NCBI RefSeq assembly: GCF_004010195.1
Contig: NC_057719.1
Coordinates: forward strand, 39,484,252-39,548,251
DNA from: Chiloscyllium plagiosum
Taxonomy: Eukaryota
Reading direction: 5' to 3'
Length of the DNA stretch: 64,000 nucleotides
The position numbers and the translations under genes were made by a program. The notes under the pieces are model-generated. The model had not been told where the DNA came from. It did no database searches and worked only from the letters and a program-made list of their open reading frames with translations. This document shows positions 63,763-64,000 of the stretch, in pieces (positions within the stretch are counted from its first letter, which is position 1; the number at the start of each line of letters is the position of its first letter).

Positions 63763-64000
63763 TGCAATACTAGATTTTGATGCAGTTTTCCATATTATTA
63801 GCTACATCCCCCAAATTAGTATCATTGCAAATGTTGGCACCATATCTACAAGGTCATGCTGCCTATGTTTGGGATACAGGATTAAAGGGATACATGGATA
63901 GAATGAGAAGAAATAATTAAAGAACTCTCATGTGAACTATAGGCAGAGATTTAGATCAGATAGTTTAATGAAATAGCGATCTGATTCTGTGCAACAATTT

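Noticed and set aside
52249..64000. Next MARK exon (QIMKDRW..., towards the UBA domain)
   Set aside because: No matching sequence found; presumed to lie beyond the window rather than to be lost.

Overview
Eukaryotic, AT-rich, repeat-dense vertebrate DNA. HE1-type V-SINEs, HER1/CR1 LINEs, Deu-domain SINEs and Neptune-type Penelope elements point to a shark (inference). The window lies inside one + strand gene: six consecutive GT-AG coding exons (49, 66, 71, 57, 237 and 120 bp) splice in frame into most of a MARK/Par-1 Ser/Thr kinase domain, most like MARK3. I did not find the flanking exons (VAIKIIDK... and QIMKDRW...) in the window. The introns are packed with transposon relics: a dead L1-clade ORF2, many CR1 fragments, a second CR1/L2-group LINE family, SINEs, Penelope elements, an internally deleted Gypsy LTR element, pogo/Tigger MITEs and a Harbinger Myb remnant. 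The most notable structure is a family of ~200-bp fold-back Penelope-terminal-repeat elements whose inversion junction sits on a minimal hammerhead ribozyme. Two of them have clean 12-13 bp target-site duplications, and two other intact-looking hammerheads lie sense within the kinase pre-mRNA. Exon, TSD, hairpin and ribozyme coordinates were counted by hand. Boundaries of old repeats are approximate, and repeat family names come from recalled consensus sequences, not a database search.
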